DNA of 64,000 nt, from contig JAFVSI010000023.1 in assembly GCA_017503865.1 (NCBI GenBank), positions 7,369 to 71,368 on the forward strand. Reading direction: 5' to 3'. The position numbers were made by a program, and so were the translations under genes. Position 1 is the stretch's first letter, and every line of letters begins with the position of its first letter. Positions 1-9,136 of this stretch are shown here, one piece after another. Source of the DNA: Clostridia bacterium (GTDB taxonomy: Bacteria > Bacillota > Clostridia > Oscillospirales > CAG-272). Under the pieces are notes generated by a model that had not been told where the DNA came from, ran no database searches, and worked only from the letters and a program-made list of their open reading frames with translations.

Positions 1-61
1 ACTTTGTCTCAAATTTCAAAAAAAATTTTTTTAATTTTTTATATAAGTTTTATATAATCTA

Positions 62-90
62 TTGAAAAAAAGTTCGTATTAGTGTATAAT
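62..90 (+). promoter_or_regulatory. sigma-70-type promoter candidate for the PPTase-PHP-lipoprotein operon
   Basis: TTGAAA (62-67), 17-nt spacer, TATAAT (85-90), in an AT-rich stretch upstream of the first CDS. Confidence 0.5.
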
Positions 91-137
91 TGTTATGAAT
101 TTGGCTTTGTTTGGGGCACAAAAAAGGGGGGGGAGTT

Positions 138-782
138 ATGGCAGTAAGTATATGCGTTCTTGACCTTTTGAGTGTTTCGACTGAAAAAAACTGTATCGAA
201 TCCTTCGGTGAGGCGGAAGAAAAAAGGCTTGAAGCTATCAAAAATCCTACTCGAAGACAGGAGAGCGTGGCGGGGCTCACGGCACTCAAAAAGGCTCTCG
301 GCAACAGAGCTTTTTGCAGTATAGTAAGAGACCAAAACGGAAGACCTCGCTTCGAAAAGGATATGGGGATCGATTTCAACATATCGCACAGCGGCTCTCT
401 CGCAGTTGCGGCTGTGTGCGACGGTGATGACACTTGCATAGGAGTCGATATAGAGCTTGTAAAAACGGAAAAGCTCCAACCTCTTTTGCGTGTAGCTGAA
501 AGATATTTTGAGGATACAGAAAAAGAAAAGTTTTATAAGACGCACGACGTTCTTAATTTTTACAAGGCGTGGACGGCAAAGGAGGCTAAGGCGAAGCTTT
601 TGGGTGTCGGTCTTGCGAAAAGCCTCGGAGAAAAAAAAGAGCCCCCAAGGGCATTCTTCACCTCGCATTATTTGGTTTTGCATTCGGGAGAGAGATACGT
701 TTTGTGCCTTTGCAGTGCTGTCGATGGGCGTGAGGATATAGACTTTATAACCGAGCACGACACGTCAGTCAGTCCCCTTTGA
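138..782 (+). CDS. Sfp-type 4'-phosphopantetheinyl transferase
   Basis: ORF 111..782, with preferred start ATG 138 behind a G-rich SD. Motifs GIDFNISHSG, IGVDIELV and FYKAWTAKEAKAKLLG are typical of the PPTase superfamily. Length is ~215 aa. Confidence 0.8.
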   Translation: MAVSICVLDLLSVSTEKNCIESFGEAEEKRLEAIKNPTRRQESVAGLTALKKALGNRAFCSIVRDQNGRPRFEKDMGIDFNISHSGSLAVAAVCDGDDTCIGVDIELVKTEKLQPLLRVAERYFEDTEKEKFYKTHDVLNFYKAWTAKEAKAKLLGVGLAKSLGEKKEPPRAFFTSHYLVLHSGERYVLCLCSAVDGREDIDFITEHDTSVSPL

Positions 783-803
783 CGGATATACGGAATTGAA
801 AAA

Positions 804-1499
804 ATGGAAATAAGAGACGTAGCAAATAAATATAAATACAAAACCGAGCTTCACCTGCATACCTTTCCCGTAAGTGCCTGCTCGGAAATAAGACCTGACG
901 AGGCGGTCGAGATATACGCCGAGGCGGGTGTCGATTCGATAGTCGTGACCAATCACTTGGGTAGCTGGGTGCGTACATCTTACTCGGCAGAGGAATATCT
1001 TAGCGACTATTACGAGGCAAGGGAAGCGGGGGAGAGGTACGGAGTAAACGTAATACTCGGTGCTGAGCTTCGCTTTGACGGCTCAAATAACGATTATCTC
1101 ATTTACGGAATAGACGAGAACGACGTAGATACGCTTGGGTACTATACCGCTTCGGATATAGCGACCTTCTACAAGGAATTTAAGAACGATAGAAACGTCA
1201 TAATCCAAGCTCACCCCTTCAGAGCCGGAATGGAGCGAGTGCCGTCCGAATTTCTTGACGGAATAGAGGTGTTTAACCTTCACCCCAACCACAATAGTCG
1301 CGTTGGAGTTGCGGCTCGGTATGCGAGAAAAGAAAATCTTATTGTTACCTGCGGAACAGATTTCCACCACCCTCATCACGAGGCGTTGGCACTCACGAGA
1401 AGCAAAGCACCACTAAAGAATTCCTTCGAGGTCGCAGAGCTTATTAAGTCGCAAGACCTTTTGTTCGACTTTTCGGGAAACATAGTTATCCCTTATTGA
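804..1499 (+). CDS. PHP-domain (polymerase/histidinol phosphatase fold) metal-dependent phosphoesterase
   Basis: N-terminal ELHLHTFPVSACS (HxH metal motif), VVTNH, QAHPF, and the His cluster GTDFHHPHHE. Confidence 0.7.
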   Translation: MEIRDVANKYKYKTELHLHTFPVSACSEIRPDEAVEIYAEAGVDSIVVTNHLGSWVRTSYSAEEYLSDYYEAREAGERYGVNVILGAELRFDGSNNDYLIYGIDENDVDTLGYYTASDIATFYKEFKNDRNVIIQAHPFRAGMERVPSEFLDGIEVFNLHPNHNSRVGVAARYARKENLIVTCGTDFHHPHHEALALTRSKAPLKNSFEVAELIKSQDLLFDFSGNIVIPY

Positions 1500-1528
1500 T
1501 AAAATCCCTATATGAAAGGAAAAATGTT

Positions 1529-3010
1529 ATGAAAAGAATTATTTGTTTTTTACTTGCAGTTATGATGCTTATAACTCTCGTCGCTTGTGGCAACACTCCC
1601 GACGATAATGTTGATGAAAGCACAAAAGGCGAAGAGACGACCGCTCCCGTAATTGCCGAGAAGATACCCGCTGAGAAATATGACGGTGTATTCAAGGCAG
1701 GTTACGCAAGTGTTGATATAACTCCCACTAAACTGCCTATTGCGAAAAAGAGCGGCGGCTCTTACAAAAAGGTGCAGGATAAGCTTTATGCTACCTGTGT
1801 TGCCGTTAACGACGGAAAAAATACGGCACTTCTTATAACAGTTGACGTTACGAGCATAGGTAACGATATTTGTGAGAATTTCAAAAAGTACATAACAAAC
1901 GCGACGAAGGTGCCCGCTGAAAACATTATAATTTCGGCAACACACACTCATACCGCTCCGTCCCCCGGACTTCCCAAGGGCGATACGGCGTCTATTCGTT
2001 GGCTCGCAGACCTTAATACCGCTATGGCAAACGTGGCTAAAGAAGCGATTGCCGACCTCAGTGACGCCGAGATACACAACGGTACTACCGAGGTAAAGGG
2101 AATGGCGTTCGTTCGTAGAGGATACTCGGCTGACGGCACTCCCGCTGGTATCTGGAGACAAAAGTCCACGAACGATTTTGTTCGCTACGAGAGTGAGGCG
2201 GATAATTCTATACAGATAATAAGATTTGTCCGTGCCGACAAGAAGGATATTCTTATGGCAAACCTCCAGACACACTTTACCGAGGCAGGAAATTACATTA
2301 CCGATACAATTTCTTCCGACCTTGCGGGAGTAATCAAGGGTGTGGTAGAAATTGAGGACGAAGACGCACTTTTTGCAGTTTACGTAGGTGCATCGGGCAA
2401 CATCAACACCGTTGCTTACGTTGAAGGAACAAAGGTGTTTGGTAACTACTCGAAGATGGGCAAGGCGGTAGCTGAAGCGATAGTGGCTACACCTCTTACT
2501 AAGGTCGAGGCAGGAACGATACAGACTACCGAAAAGCAAGTAAAAACAAACGTTCGTAAGGAAGACGACGAAACGGTTAAGAAGGCACAGCAGGCACAAG
2601 CCGAAATTGAAGCTCTCAATGCTTATGATGGTGATGCAGAGGTTTATGCAATTGCCGCAAAGTACGGCTTTGAGAGTGCAAAGGAAGTTTCCTTCACAGT
2701 CAGCCGTAATACAGGCTATGATGCGACCAGAAAACACACTATCATAGGAATTTCCTTTGGTGACCTTGCATTTGTAGCAGTGCCCTATGAGATGTTCGAT
2801 ACAAACGGAATGGAAGTAAAGAACGGCTCACCCTTCAATATGACCTTCGTAATTACAAACGCAGGCGGAGCAGGTGCATACGTTCCCTCAGCTCTTGCAG
2901 TTCCCAACGGCGGATACGAGGTTTATACCGCAGTTGACGAATTTGGTACAGGTGAAAAAATGGTTTCTGAATACCTCGCTATTCTACGTGAGCACAAAGG
3001 GATAAAGTAA
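1529..3010 (+). CDS. lipoprotein, neutral/alkaline ceramidase-like hydrolase, tandem paralog 1
   Basis: Start ATG 1529 after AAAGGA. Lipobox MKRIICFLLAVMMLITLVAC-G. Motifs SVDITP, LYATCVAVNDG, ISATHTHTAPSPG, KEAIADLSDAE, GMAFVRR, GASGNIN, PYEMFDTNG and GGYEVY. Confidence 0.75.
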   Translation: MKRIICFLLAVMMLITLVACGNTPDDNVDESTKGEETTAPVIAEKIPAEKYDGVFKAGYASVDITPTKLPIAKKSGGSYKKVQDKLYATCVAVNDGKNTALLITVDVTSIGNDICENFKKYITNATKVPAENIIISATHTHTAPSPGLPKGDTASIRWLADLNTAMANVAKEAIADLSDAEIHNGTTEVKGMAFVRRGYSADGTPAGIWRQKSTNDFVRYESEADNSIQIIRFVRADKKDILMANLQTHFTEAGNYITDTISSDLAGVIKGVVEIEDEDALFAVYVGASGNINTVAYVEGTKVFGNYSKMGKAVAEAIVATPLTKVEAGTIQTTEKQVKTNVRKEDDETVKKAQQAQAEIEALNAYDGDAEVYAIAAKYGFESAKEVSFTVSRNTGYDATRKHTIIGISFGDLAFVAVPYEMFDTNGMEVKNGSPFNMTFVITNAGGAGAYVPSALAVPNGGYEVYTAVDEFGTGEKMVSEYLAILREHKGIK

Positions 3011-3057
3011 TCCATATACTCAAGCTTTTTAGATTTCCTGTTGAGGAAGGAGATTTT

Positions 3058-4533
3058 ATGATGAAGAGATTTATTTGTTTAGTACTTGCTCTTATGACCT
3101 TATTGACCCTCGTTGCTTGTGGCAACGTGACGGGAGGAGAGCAGGGCACTACGGACAGCAAAGAAGAGAATACAGTTTTCACGGGTAAGCTCGATGCTGA
3201 GTCCTACGACGGAGTTTTCAAGGCGGGTTACTCACGAAAGGACATAACACCCGTAGTTCCGATAAATCAGAATGACGGAACCGTCTACTCAAAGGTTCTC
3301 GATAAGCTTTACGCTACCTGCGTTGCTGTAAACGACGGAGAGACTACTGCCCTTATGTTTACAATAGATACAAAGGGACTTGGAACGGGCCCTTATGAGT
3401 CTATCATAAGGCGTGTAAGCATGGCGGTATCAATTCCTGAGGAAAATATTATGATAACGGCATCGCACTCGCATACAGCTCCAATGCCGGGTGTTCCTGC
3501 GAGCGACCCTAAGAATATTCGTTGGGTGGCTCAGATGACGACGGCAATGGTAGATGCAGCAAAGGAAGCGATTGCCGATCTTTCCGACGCAGAGATACAT
3601 AACGGTACCACCGAGGTAAAGGGAATGGCGTTCGTTCGTCGTTGGATCTACGAGGACGGAACTCCCGGCGGTATCTGGAGACAGCCTAATAACGGAAAGA
3701 TCACGGCTTACGAGTCCGAGGCAGACAATTCGGTTCAGATTATAAGATTTGTCCGTGAGGATAAAAAGGATATTCTAATATCAAATCTTCAAACTCACTT
3801 TACCGAGGCAGGTAATTATGTCAAGAATTCTATCTCGGCAGACCTTGCAGATATACTCAGGTCGATGGTTGAAATACTTGACGAGGACGCTCTTTTCGCA
3901 GTTTACGTAGGTGCATCGGGTAATATAGCGACCGGTGCTCACGTTGACGGAACTAAGAAATTCGGTAATTATCAAAAAATGGGTAAGGCAGTAGCCGAAG
4001 CAATAATCGAGACTCCTCTTACAAAGGTCGAGGCAGGTAAGCTCCAAGCAGATGTAAAAATCGTAACCACAAACGTGCGTAAGGACGATGCCGAAACAGT
4101 TGAAAAGGCAAAGAAGGCACAGGCAGAAATTTCAGCACTCAACCTTTATGACGGTGATGCAGCAGTTCTTGCGATTGCAGCCAAGTATGGCTTTGAGGGT
4201 GCAAAGGAAATCAATTCGATAATTAGCAGAAATACAAATTACAAGGCAACAAGAGAACACCGTCTTGGTGTTATATCCTTCGGTGATATAGCATTTGCCG
4301 CTGTTCCTTATGAAATGTTCGATACAAACGGAATGGAGCTTAAGAACGGCTCACCGTACAATATGACCTTCGTTCTCACAAACGCAGGTGGAGCGGGTGC
4401 ATACGTGCCCTCAGCCCTTGCGGTTCCAAACGGCGGATACGAGGTTTATACCGCAGTTGACGAGTTTGGCACGGGCGAAAGAATAGTTGGAGAATTCCTC
4501 ACAATTCTCCGTGAACATAAGGGCATTAAATAA
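3058..4533 (+). CDS. lipoprotein, ceramidase-like hydrolase, tandem paralog 2
   Basis: Lipobox MMKRFICLVLALMTLLTLVAC-G. Same motif order as paralog 1 (ITASHSHTAPMPG, GASGNIA). The C-terminal ~60 aa are nearly identical to paralog 1. Confidence 0.75.
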   Translation: MMKRFICLVLALMTLLTLVACGNVTGGEQGTTDSKEENTVFTGKLDAESYDGVFKAGYSRKDITPVVPINQNDGTVYSKVLDKLYATCVAVNDGETTALMFTIDTKGLGTGPYESIIRRVSMAVSIPEENIMITASHSHTAPMPGVPASDPKNIRWVAQMTTAMVDAAKEAIADLSDAEIHNGTTEVKGMAFVRRWIYEDGTPGGIWRQPNNGKITAYESEADNSVQIIRFVREDKKDILISNLQTHFTEAGNYVKNSISADLADILRSMVEILDEDALFAVYVGASGNIATGAHVDGTKKFGNYQKMGKAVAEAIIETPLTKVEAGKLQADVKIVTTNVRKDDAETVEKAKKAQAEISALNLYDGDAAVLAIAAKYGFEGAKEINSIISRNTNYKATREHRLGVISFGDIAFAAVPYEMFDTNGMELKNGSPYNMTFVLTNAGGAGAYVPSALAVPNGGYEVYTAVDEFGTGERIVGEFLTILREHKGIK

Positions 4534-4598
4534 CGAAAAAGTAAATTAAAATATAAATTTTCATTACAAATTTTTATTGAAAAGGAGAAAAATTATAA

Positions 4599-6083
4599 AT
4601 GAAAAGGATTATTTGCTTGCTTCTGGCACTTTTGATGACTGTATCAATTGTGTCCTGCGGCAAGCCAGACAACAACAGTGACGATACGACGAATAGCGGA
4701 GAGAGCGATGCTCCCGCAACCGAAAACGTTAAGGCTGATGCCGAAAAGTATGACGGTATCTTTAAGGTAGGCTTTTCGAGAGTTGACATAACTCCCTCAC
4801 AGCTTCCTCACCCACGTAAGGACGGAACAATGATTTCCGACGTTCTCGATCCCATCTATGCTACTTGTATAGCAGTAAACGACGGAGAAAAAACGGCACT
4901 TCTTTACACCGTTGACCTTCCTAACATCGCAGCAGATACTTATTCGGCATATCTTCTTCGCATTAAGATAATGACAAAGGTGCCTGTTGAGAACATAATG
5001 ATCTCAGCAACGCATAACCACTCGGCGTTTACGCCTCAGGCACCCCGAGGCAACGCACAGGCGGACAAGTGGAACACCGAGCTTACAAATCACCTCGTTA
5101 ATGCGGCAAAAGAGGCAATTGCTGACCTTACCGATTCCGAGGTTTACTACGGTACGACTAAGACAACGGGAATGGCTTGGGTACGCCGTTACGTACACGC
5201 AGACGGAACCTATTCGAATACGGGTACCGTTGAGGGACTCAAGAGTAAGTCTCCCATAGTAGGTCCTGCAAGCGAGGCTGACGATACACTTCAGCTTATC
5301 CGTTTCGTTCGTAAGGATAAGACGGATATAGTAATGACAAACTGGCAGGCACACTTGGCGTCGGCTGTAAACGCGATGCCTAAAAAGCTCACGTCTGACC
5401 TTGCTTTCTACGTAAGAGATGCGGTTGAGGGCAACGAGGACGACGTTTACGTAGCTTATTTCCAGGGTGCATCGGGTAACATTAACCTTAATGCTCCCAC
5501 GCCTGAGCTAAAGCAGTACAGAAATTACCAAGAGGTAGGAAAAGCTCTCGGTAAGCTTATCGCAAATACTATGGCGGTAGAAAACCTTACAAAGCTCGAG
5601 CCCGGAAAGATTCAGTCAAATACTACAACGTATAAGGCACTCGTTTGGAAGGACAGCGAGGAGAGAATTGCACAGGCAAAAGAGGTCCTTGCTCTTAAGG
5701 AAGGCTCAAATGAGCAGAAGGCTCTTATGGTCAAGTACAACTTTAACTCCCTTTACGCTCCCAAGCAGATTGCAAGCCGCAACGGCTCTGTAACACACAG
5801 AGAGCAGTATCTCGGTGCAATAGCATTCGGTGACCTTGCATTCGTGTCCGCTCCTTACGAGATGCACGATACGAACGGTATGCAGATAAAGGACGGCTCA
5901 CCCTACAAGAGCACCTTCGTTCTCACCTGCTCGGGCGGAGCACAGGGTTACGTTCCGTCTTACGAGGCATACACCATTTACGGCGGATACGAGGTAGATA
6001 ATACAGAAATAGCTTGCGGTGAGGCAGAAAAGATGGTTGACGAGTTCCTTCGTATGCTTAAGGAATTCAGAGGAATTAAGTGA
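4599..6083 (+). CDS. lipoprotein, ceramidase-like hydrolase, tandem paralog 3
   Basis: Lipobox MKRIICLLLALLMTVSIVSC-G. Motifs RVDITP, IYATCIAVNDG, ISATHNHSAFTP, KEAIADLTDSE, GMAWVRR, GASGNINL and PYEMHDTNG. Confidence 0.75.
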   Translation: MKRIICLLLALLMTVSIVSCGKPDNNSDDTTNSGESDAPATENVKADAEKYDGIFKVGFSRVDITPSQLPHPRKDGTMISDVLDPIYATCIAVNDGEKTALLYTVDLPNIAADTYSAYLLRIKIMTKVPVENIMISATHNHSAFTPQAPRGNAQADKWNTELTNHLVNAAKEAIADLTDSEVYYGTTKTTGMAWVRRYVHADGTYSNTGTVEGLKSKSPIVGPASEADDTLQLIRFVRKDKTDIVMTNWQAHLASAVNAMPKKLTSDLAFYVRDAVEGNEDDVYVAYFQGASGNINLNAPTPELKQYRNYQEVGKALGKLIANTMAVENLTKLEPGKIQSNTTTYKALVWKDSEERIAQAKEVLALKEGSNEQKALMVKYNFNSLYAPKQIASRNGSVTHREQYLGAIAFGDLAFVSAPYEMHDTNGMQIKDGSPYKSTFVLTCSGGAQGYVPSYEAYTIYGGYEVDNTEIACGEAEKMVDEFLRMLKEFRGIK

Positions 6084-6112
6084 TTTTTTTCGCTAACAGA
6101 AAGGGAAATACT

Positions 6113-7591
6113 ATGAAAAAGATACTTTGCTTATTGCTTGCACTTTTGATGCTTACGTCAATTGTGTCTTGCAACCAAACGCCCAATAATAACGAGGACA
6201 CAACAAGCCCCGAGGCAACAGGCGGCAAGGTCGATGCCGAAAAGTATGACGGTGTATTCAAGGTCGGTTATGCTACGGTCGATATCAGCTATACCGAGGA
6301 TGAGTTGCCTTATACAAGAAATGAAGAGGGCGAAAAGATCACAACTATACAAGATCCCATTTACGCTACCTGCGTAGCTGTAAACGACGGAAAAAATACA
6401 GTACTTATCTACACGCTTGACGTGCAGAATATTCGCTTTGAGGATAGCGAGAGCTTTAAGAGCCGCATTCAGATAGCGACTAAAGTGCCTGCGGCGAATA
6501 TTATATTCTCCACCACACATAACCACTCAGGTCCTCATCCCACCGCTCCCTACGGTACACCCGCAGGTGCTAAGCACGGTACAGCCGTTGCCAATAAGGT
6601 AGTTGAGGCGGCAAAGGCGGCGATTGCCGATCTTACCGATGCTGAGATCTACTACGGAACTGCAAAGACAACGGGAATGGCTTGGGTACGCCGCTGGGTA
6701 CACGAAGACGGTGTTACCTATTCAAATACCAGCACTCCTAAGGGACTTCAGGGTAATACCCCCGTTGCAGGTCCCGCAAGTGAGGCAGACGATACACTCC
6801 AAATGGTCCGCTTTGTCCGCAAGGATAAGGCAGACGTACTTATGGTAAACTGGCAGGCACACTTGGCGTCTGCGGTTAACGCAAAGCCCACAACTCTTAC
6901 ATCCGACCTTATGTACTACATAAGAGACGCAGTTCTCGGTAAGGAAGACGAGGTTCTCATAGCTTATTTTGCAGGAGCATCGGGTAACATCAACCTCACA
7001 GCTCCTACACAAGAACTTCGTCAGTACAGAAACTATCAGGAGATAGGAAAAGCACTCGGTAAGCTTATTTACGACAGTATGGGCGTAGAAAAGCTTACAA
7101 AGATTGAGGCAGGCAAGATAACCATATCCCATAAGACCTACAAGGCAGAGATGTGGAAGGATAGCGAGGAGAGAATTGCACAGGCTAAGGAAACCATAGC
7201 CGAAAAGGATAAGAAAAAGCAGGAAGCTCTCCAAGTCAAATACAACTTCAATACAATGTACGCACCGAGAAAGATAGTAAGCAGAAATAGCAGCAAGGCT
7301 ACAACGATAGATTGCTTCCTTTCGGCACTTTCGTTCGGTGATTTCGCACTCGTTGCGGCTCCTTACGAGATGCACGATACGAACGGTATGCAGATAAAGG
7401 AGGGCTCGCCCTATAAGGCAACCTTCATTCTTACAAACGCAGACGGTGCTCTTGCATATCTCCCCTCAATTGAGGCATATACCACCTATGGCGGATATGA
7501 GGTCGACAATACAGACTTTGCTCCCGGAGAGGGCGAAAAGCTTGTCGAGGTCTACCTTGATATGCTCAAAAAACACAGAGAAAAACAATAA
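6113..7591 (+). CDS. lipoprotein, ceramidase-like hydrolase, tandem paralog 4
   Basis: Internal start ATG 6113 of ORF 6080..7591. Lipobox MKKILCLLLALLMLTSIVSC-N. Closest by eye to paralog 3 (FSTTHNHSGPHP, NWQAHLASAVNA, GASGNINL). Confidence 0.75.
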   Translation: MKKILCLLLALLMLTSIVSCNQTPNNNEDTTSPEATGGKVDAEKYDGVFKVGYATVDISYTEDELPYTRNEEGEKITTIQDPIYATCVAVNDGKNTVLIYTLDVQNIRFEDSESFKSRIQIATKVPAANIIFSTTHNHSGPHPTAPYGTPAGAKHGTAVANKVVEAAKAAIADLTDAEIYYGTAKTTGMAWVRRWVHEDGVTYSNTSTPKGLQGNTPVAGPASEADDTLQMVRFVRKDKADVLMVNWQAHLASAVNAKPTTLTSDLMYYIRDAVLGKEDEVLIAYFAGASGNINLTAPTQELRQYRNYQEIGKALGKLIYDSMGVEKLTKIEAGKITISHKTYKAEMWKDSEERIAQAKETIAEKDKKKQEALQVKYNFNTMYAPRKIVSRNSSKATTIDCFLSALSFGDFALVAAPYEMHDTNGMQIKEGSPYKATFILTNADGALAYLPSIEAYTTYGGYEVDNTDFAPGEGEKLVEVYLDMLKKHREKQ

Positions 7592-7628
7592 GAGCCTAAA
7601 TTAGTCAAGTTTGTCAAGGAGAAAATTT

Positions 7629-9107
7629 ATGATCAAGAAATTACTTTGTATAGTACTTACGCTTATCATGCTTTTGTCGGTCGTTGCATGTAATAATACA
7701 CCGGGTACACCCGACGATAGCTCAAACGAGACGGAAAAAGAGGCTGAAAGCGGAAAAGTAGCGGAAGAGAAATATGACGGTGTATTCAAGGTTGGATATT
7801 CAAGAGTAGATATAACGCCCCAGATGCTCCCCATTTCGAGAAAGAACGGACAGAGCACCATAAAGTCGGTAAGCGATCCCATTTACGCTACCTGTATTGC
7901 TTTTTACGACGGTGAGACTACGGCTCTCGTTTTCACGGTTGACCTCTGTAACGTTTCGGAGGATCACTGTAATGCAATAAGGATTCGTATTAAATCGGCA
8001 ACAAGAGTTCCTGAAAAGAACGTTATAATTCACGCAACCCATAACCACTCCTCGCCCACACTTGGAAATCCCAACAATGAGGCGGCAGTTCAGAAGTGGA
8101 CGAGTGCTACACAGCTTAATATGGTAAAGGCAGCCGAGGAGGCTATTGCAGACCTTACGGATGCAACAATATTGGCTGGAACAGGCAAGACAACGGGAAT
8201 GGCGTTCGTTCGTAGATACCTTCTTGAGGACGGTACTTACAGCGGAGTAAACTCTCCTGCGGCAAGCTCTGCAAAGGCAGTTAAGCACGTAAGCGAGGCT
8301 GACGATACCGTTGGAGTTATTCGCTTTGTTCGTGAGGGCAAGAAGGACGTAGTTGCAGTAAACTGGCAGTGCCACCTTGCAAGTGCAGTTGAGATGATGC
8401 CTGCGGCACTTACGGCTGATAGAAACTTTTACATAAGAGGCGATATAGAAAAAGCGGATGACGATGCACTTGTTGCATACTTTGCAGGAGCTTCGGGAAA
8501 TATCGGTGGCAGCAACACTCCTATCCCCTCGCTCAAGAAATACAGAAGCTATCAGGATTCCTCGCAGGCACTTGCAAAGGTTATACTTGACGTTCTCAAC
8601 TCAGGTAAGATGGAAAGCCTTGAGGCAGGACCGATCAAGATAGACAACAAGACCTATAAGGCAGAGATGTGGAAGGACAGCGAGGAGAGAGTTGCGCAGG
8701 CAAATGAGGTGCTTGCACTTACTAACGGCTCTAAGGAGCAAACGGCTCTTTTGAAGAAGTACGGTTGGCAGTCAACCTACGGACCTAAAGCTGTCGTATC
8801 GAGAAACAAATCAAGCGCTACAACGATAAGCGTGCCTATGGCAGGACTTTCCTTCGGAGATCTTGCGTTTATTGCAGCTCCCTACGAGATGTTCGATAAC
8901 AACGGCGTTCAGATAAAGGAAGGCTCTCCCTTCAAGACCACCTTTATTCTCACAAATGCAGGTGGAGCACTCGCGTACGTTGCTTCAATCGAGGCATATA
9001 CCACCTACGGCGGATATGAGGTTGAAAACACCGAGTTCGCTCCCGGTGAGGGCGAAAAGATGGTTGCTGAGTATATAGATATGCTTAAGAGACTTAAAAC
9101 AAAATAA
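7629..9107 (+). CDS. lipoprotein, ceramidase-like hydrolase, tandem paralog 5
   Basis: Start ATG 7629 after AAGGAG. Lipobox MIKKLLCIVLTLIMLLSVVAC-N. Motifs RVDITP, IYATCIAFYDG, IHATHNHSSPT, GMAFVRR, GASGNIG and PYEMFDNNG. Confidence 0.75.
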   Translation: MIKKLLCIVLTLIMLLSVVACNNTPGTPDDSSNETEKEAESGKVAEEKYDGVFKVGYSRVDITPQMLPISRKNGQSTIKSVSDPIYATCIAFYDGETTALVFTVDLCNVSEDHCNAIRIRIKSATRVPEKNVIIHATHNHSSPTLGNPNNEAAVQKWTSATQLNMVKAAEEAIADLTDATILAGTGKTTGMAFVRRYLLEDGTYSGVNSPAASSAKAVKHVSEADDTVGVIRFVREGKKDVVAVNWQCHLASAVEMMPAALTADRNFYIRGDIEKADDDALVAYFAGASGNIGGSNTPIPSLKKYRSYQDSSQALAKVILDVLNSGKMESLEAGPIKIDNKTYKAEMWKDSEERVAQANEVLALTNGSKEQTALLKKYGWQSTYGPKAVVSRNKSSATTISVPMAGLSFGDLAFIAAPYEMFDNNGVQIKEGSPFKTTFILTNAGGALAYVASIEAYTTYGGYEVENTEFAPGEGEKMVAEYIDMLKRLKTK

Positions 9108-9136
9108 TAATTCTTGTCCCTATGAAAGGAAAAAAT

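Noticed and set aside
120-133. An A6G8 homopolymer just upstream of the PPTase start, considered as a phase-variation tract
   Set aside because: It lies in the 5' UTR/SD region, not in a reading frame. Length changes would not alter the SD-to-ATG spacing on its 3' side. There is no evidence of contingency-locus behaviour from a single sequence.
1550-2737. Long antisense ORFs inside well-supported genes: 1550..2737(-) 395 aa, 6722..7375(-), 15505..16329(-), 17339..17881(+), 32876..33685(-), 41811..42923(+) 370 aa and 53939..55042(-) 367 aa
   Set aside because: Each lies fully within a gene that has strong family motifs on the opposite strand. Their translations are Cys/Arg/Leu/Val-rich nonsense without RBS support. 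This is typical of stop-poor antisense frames.
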